NCBI GenBank assembly: GCA_951406725.2
Contig: OX597824.1
Span: 73,966,001-74,030,000 of the forward strand
Source of the DNA: Octopus vulgaris
Lineage: Eukaryota
DNA: 64,000 nt
Direction: 5' to 3'
Part shown: piece after piece, positions 63,231-64,000 of the stretch
Numbering within the stretch: position 1 is the first letter of the stretch
Layout of the letters: the number at the start of each line of letters is the position of its first letter
Made by a program: the position numbers and the translations under genes
Notes under the pieces: model-generated
What the model saw: the letters and a program-made list of their open reading frames with translations, nothing else
What the model was told of the DNA's origin: nothing
The model's database searches: none

Positions 63231-63784
63231 TGACGCGAAGGATGTTGTTCTTATCTCTATTTTCAAAGATGGATTTTAGGTACGTTGTGATAACAATCAC
63301 GAAAAATCCTTGATATCAGTTGTAGGTAAGGTCTATAACCAGAACACATCTTAATCGCTTGCTTACATTTATTTAATTCCAATCATTCTTTCCGAATTAC
63401 ATTGCGAGCTTTCGCCCAAGCTGTAAAATTATAGATATGACATACATAGCTCTGTAAAAGTGCATAAAACGATTTAATTTGGACCAGTATTTTATAAGCC
63501 TCCCAAAAACATTTGTCATTGTTAACAGGGAAGCTCTTTAGAATCCTCATTTCTCAAGTTTATCGTATTTATCATGGATGGTTCCGTTTTTGAAGTATTT
63601 AACGGTCAGATATCCTTCCTAATATCAATCATTTTAGCTGCTTCTTACAACATGTATAGACATGGATGCTGATAATATATTTGTCCTTTTTGATGGTTGT
63701 CTTCTCGATGTTGACATTATTTTCTCTACCTGCTTGCTTTCTTGCTTAATGCTCTTGATGTTAGTGGTCCCAGAGACGTCATTA

Positions 63785-63960
63785 TGCATAAAACCGACCA
63801 GGTCCGTCAGTGCTTTCTATTGCTGGCGGTCCTGTGCTAGCCCCTCTACATCCTCCAAGGTGGCGTCGAGTCTCTGGAGATCTTCCTTATTCACGTCCAG
63901 CTATCTGATGCAGAGCCTCTTCCAGCCATATTTTTCTCACTTGATTTTTCTCTCAGTGAT
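63785..63960 (-). pseudogene. RTE LINE ORF C-terminal fragment
   Basis: R*LDVNKEDLQRLDATLEDVEGLAQDRQQ*KALTDLVG (RW.D...AQDR..W motif). Confidence 0.7.
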
Positions 63961-64000
63961 GGTTCCTTTTTGCTATCGTTGTGTCTCACATAGGTGTCGC

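Overview
This is eukaryotic, AT-rich, repeat-saturated DNA whose SINE, MITE and microsatellite content looks like an Octopus (coleoid cephalopod) genome; that assignment is by recognition, not by search. I found no intact protein-coding gene, and most ORF-track entries examined are microsatellite or SINE read-through. The window holds three tRNA-derived SINE families (labelled S1-S3 here), seven non-autonomous Helitrons, and a heavily decayed autonomous Helitron Rep/PIF1-helicase gene (about 6.4-11.1 kb, minus strand) broken up by younger insertions. It also holds hAT, piggyBac-type, pogo-type and other MITEs, mariner/Tc1 and RTE LINE fossils, and several minimal hammerhead-ribozyme-like motifs. 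A sharp switch from CpG-depleted to CpG-normal sequence at about 29.7 kb suggests the left half is a methylated gene body with a promoter or gene end near 30-31 kb. The most unusual signals are: (1) S1 SINE multimers joined at one nucleotide-precise junction (GAAATA|GGTATTTC) in five independent loci; (2) dispersed Penelope-type minimal hammerheads; (3) recurrent short inverted duplications of neighbouring DNA next to SINE 5' ends. Coordinates were read by eye: ends defined by a TSD or terminal motif should be close to exact, others approximate.
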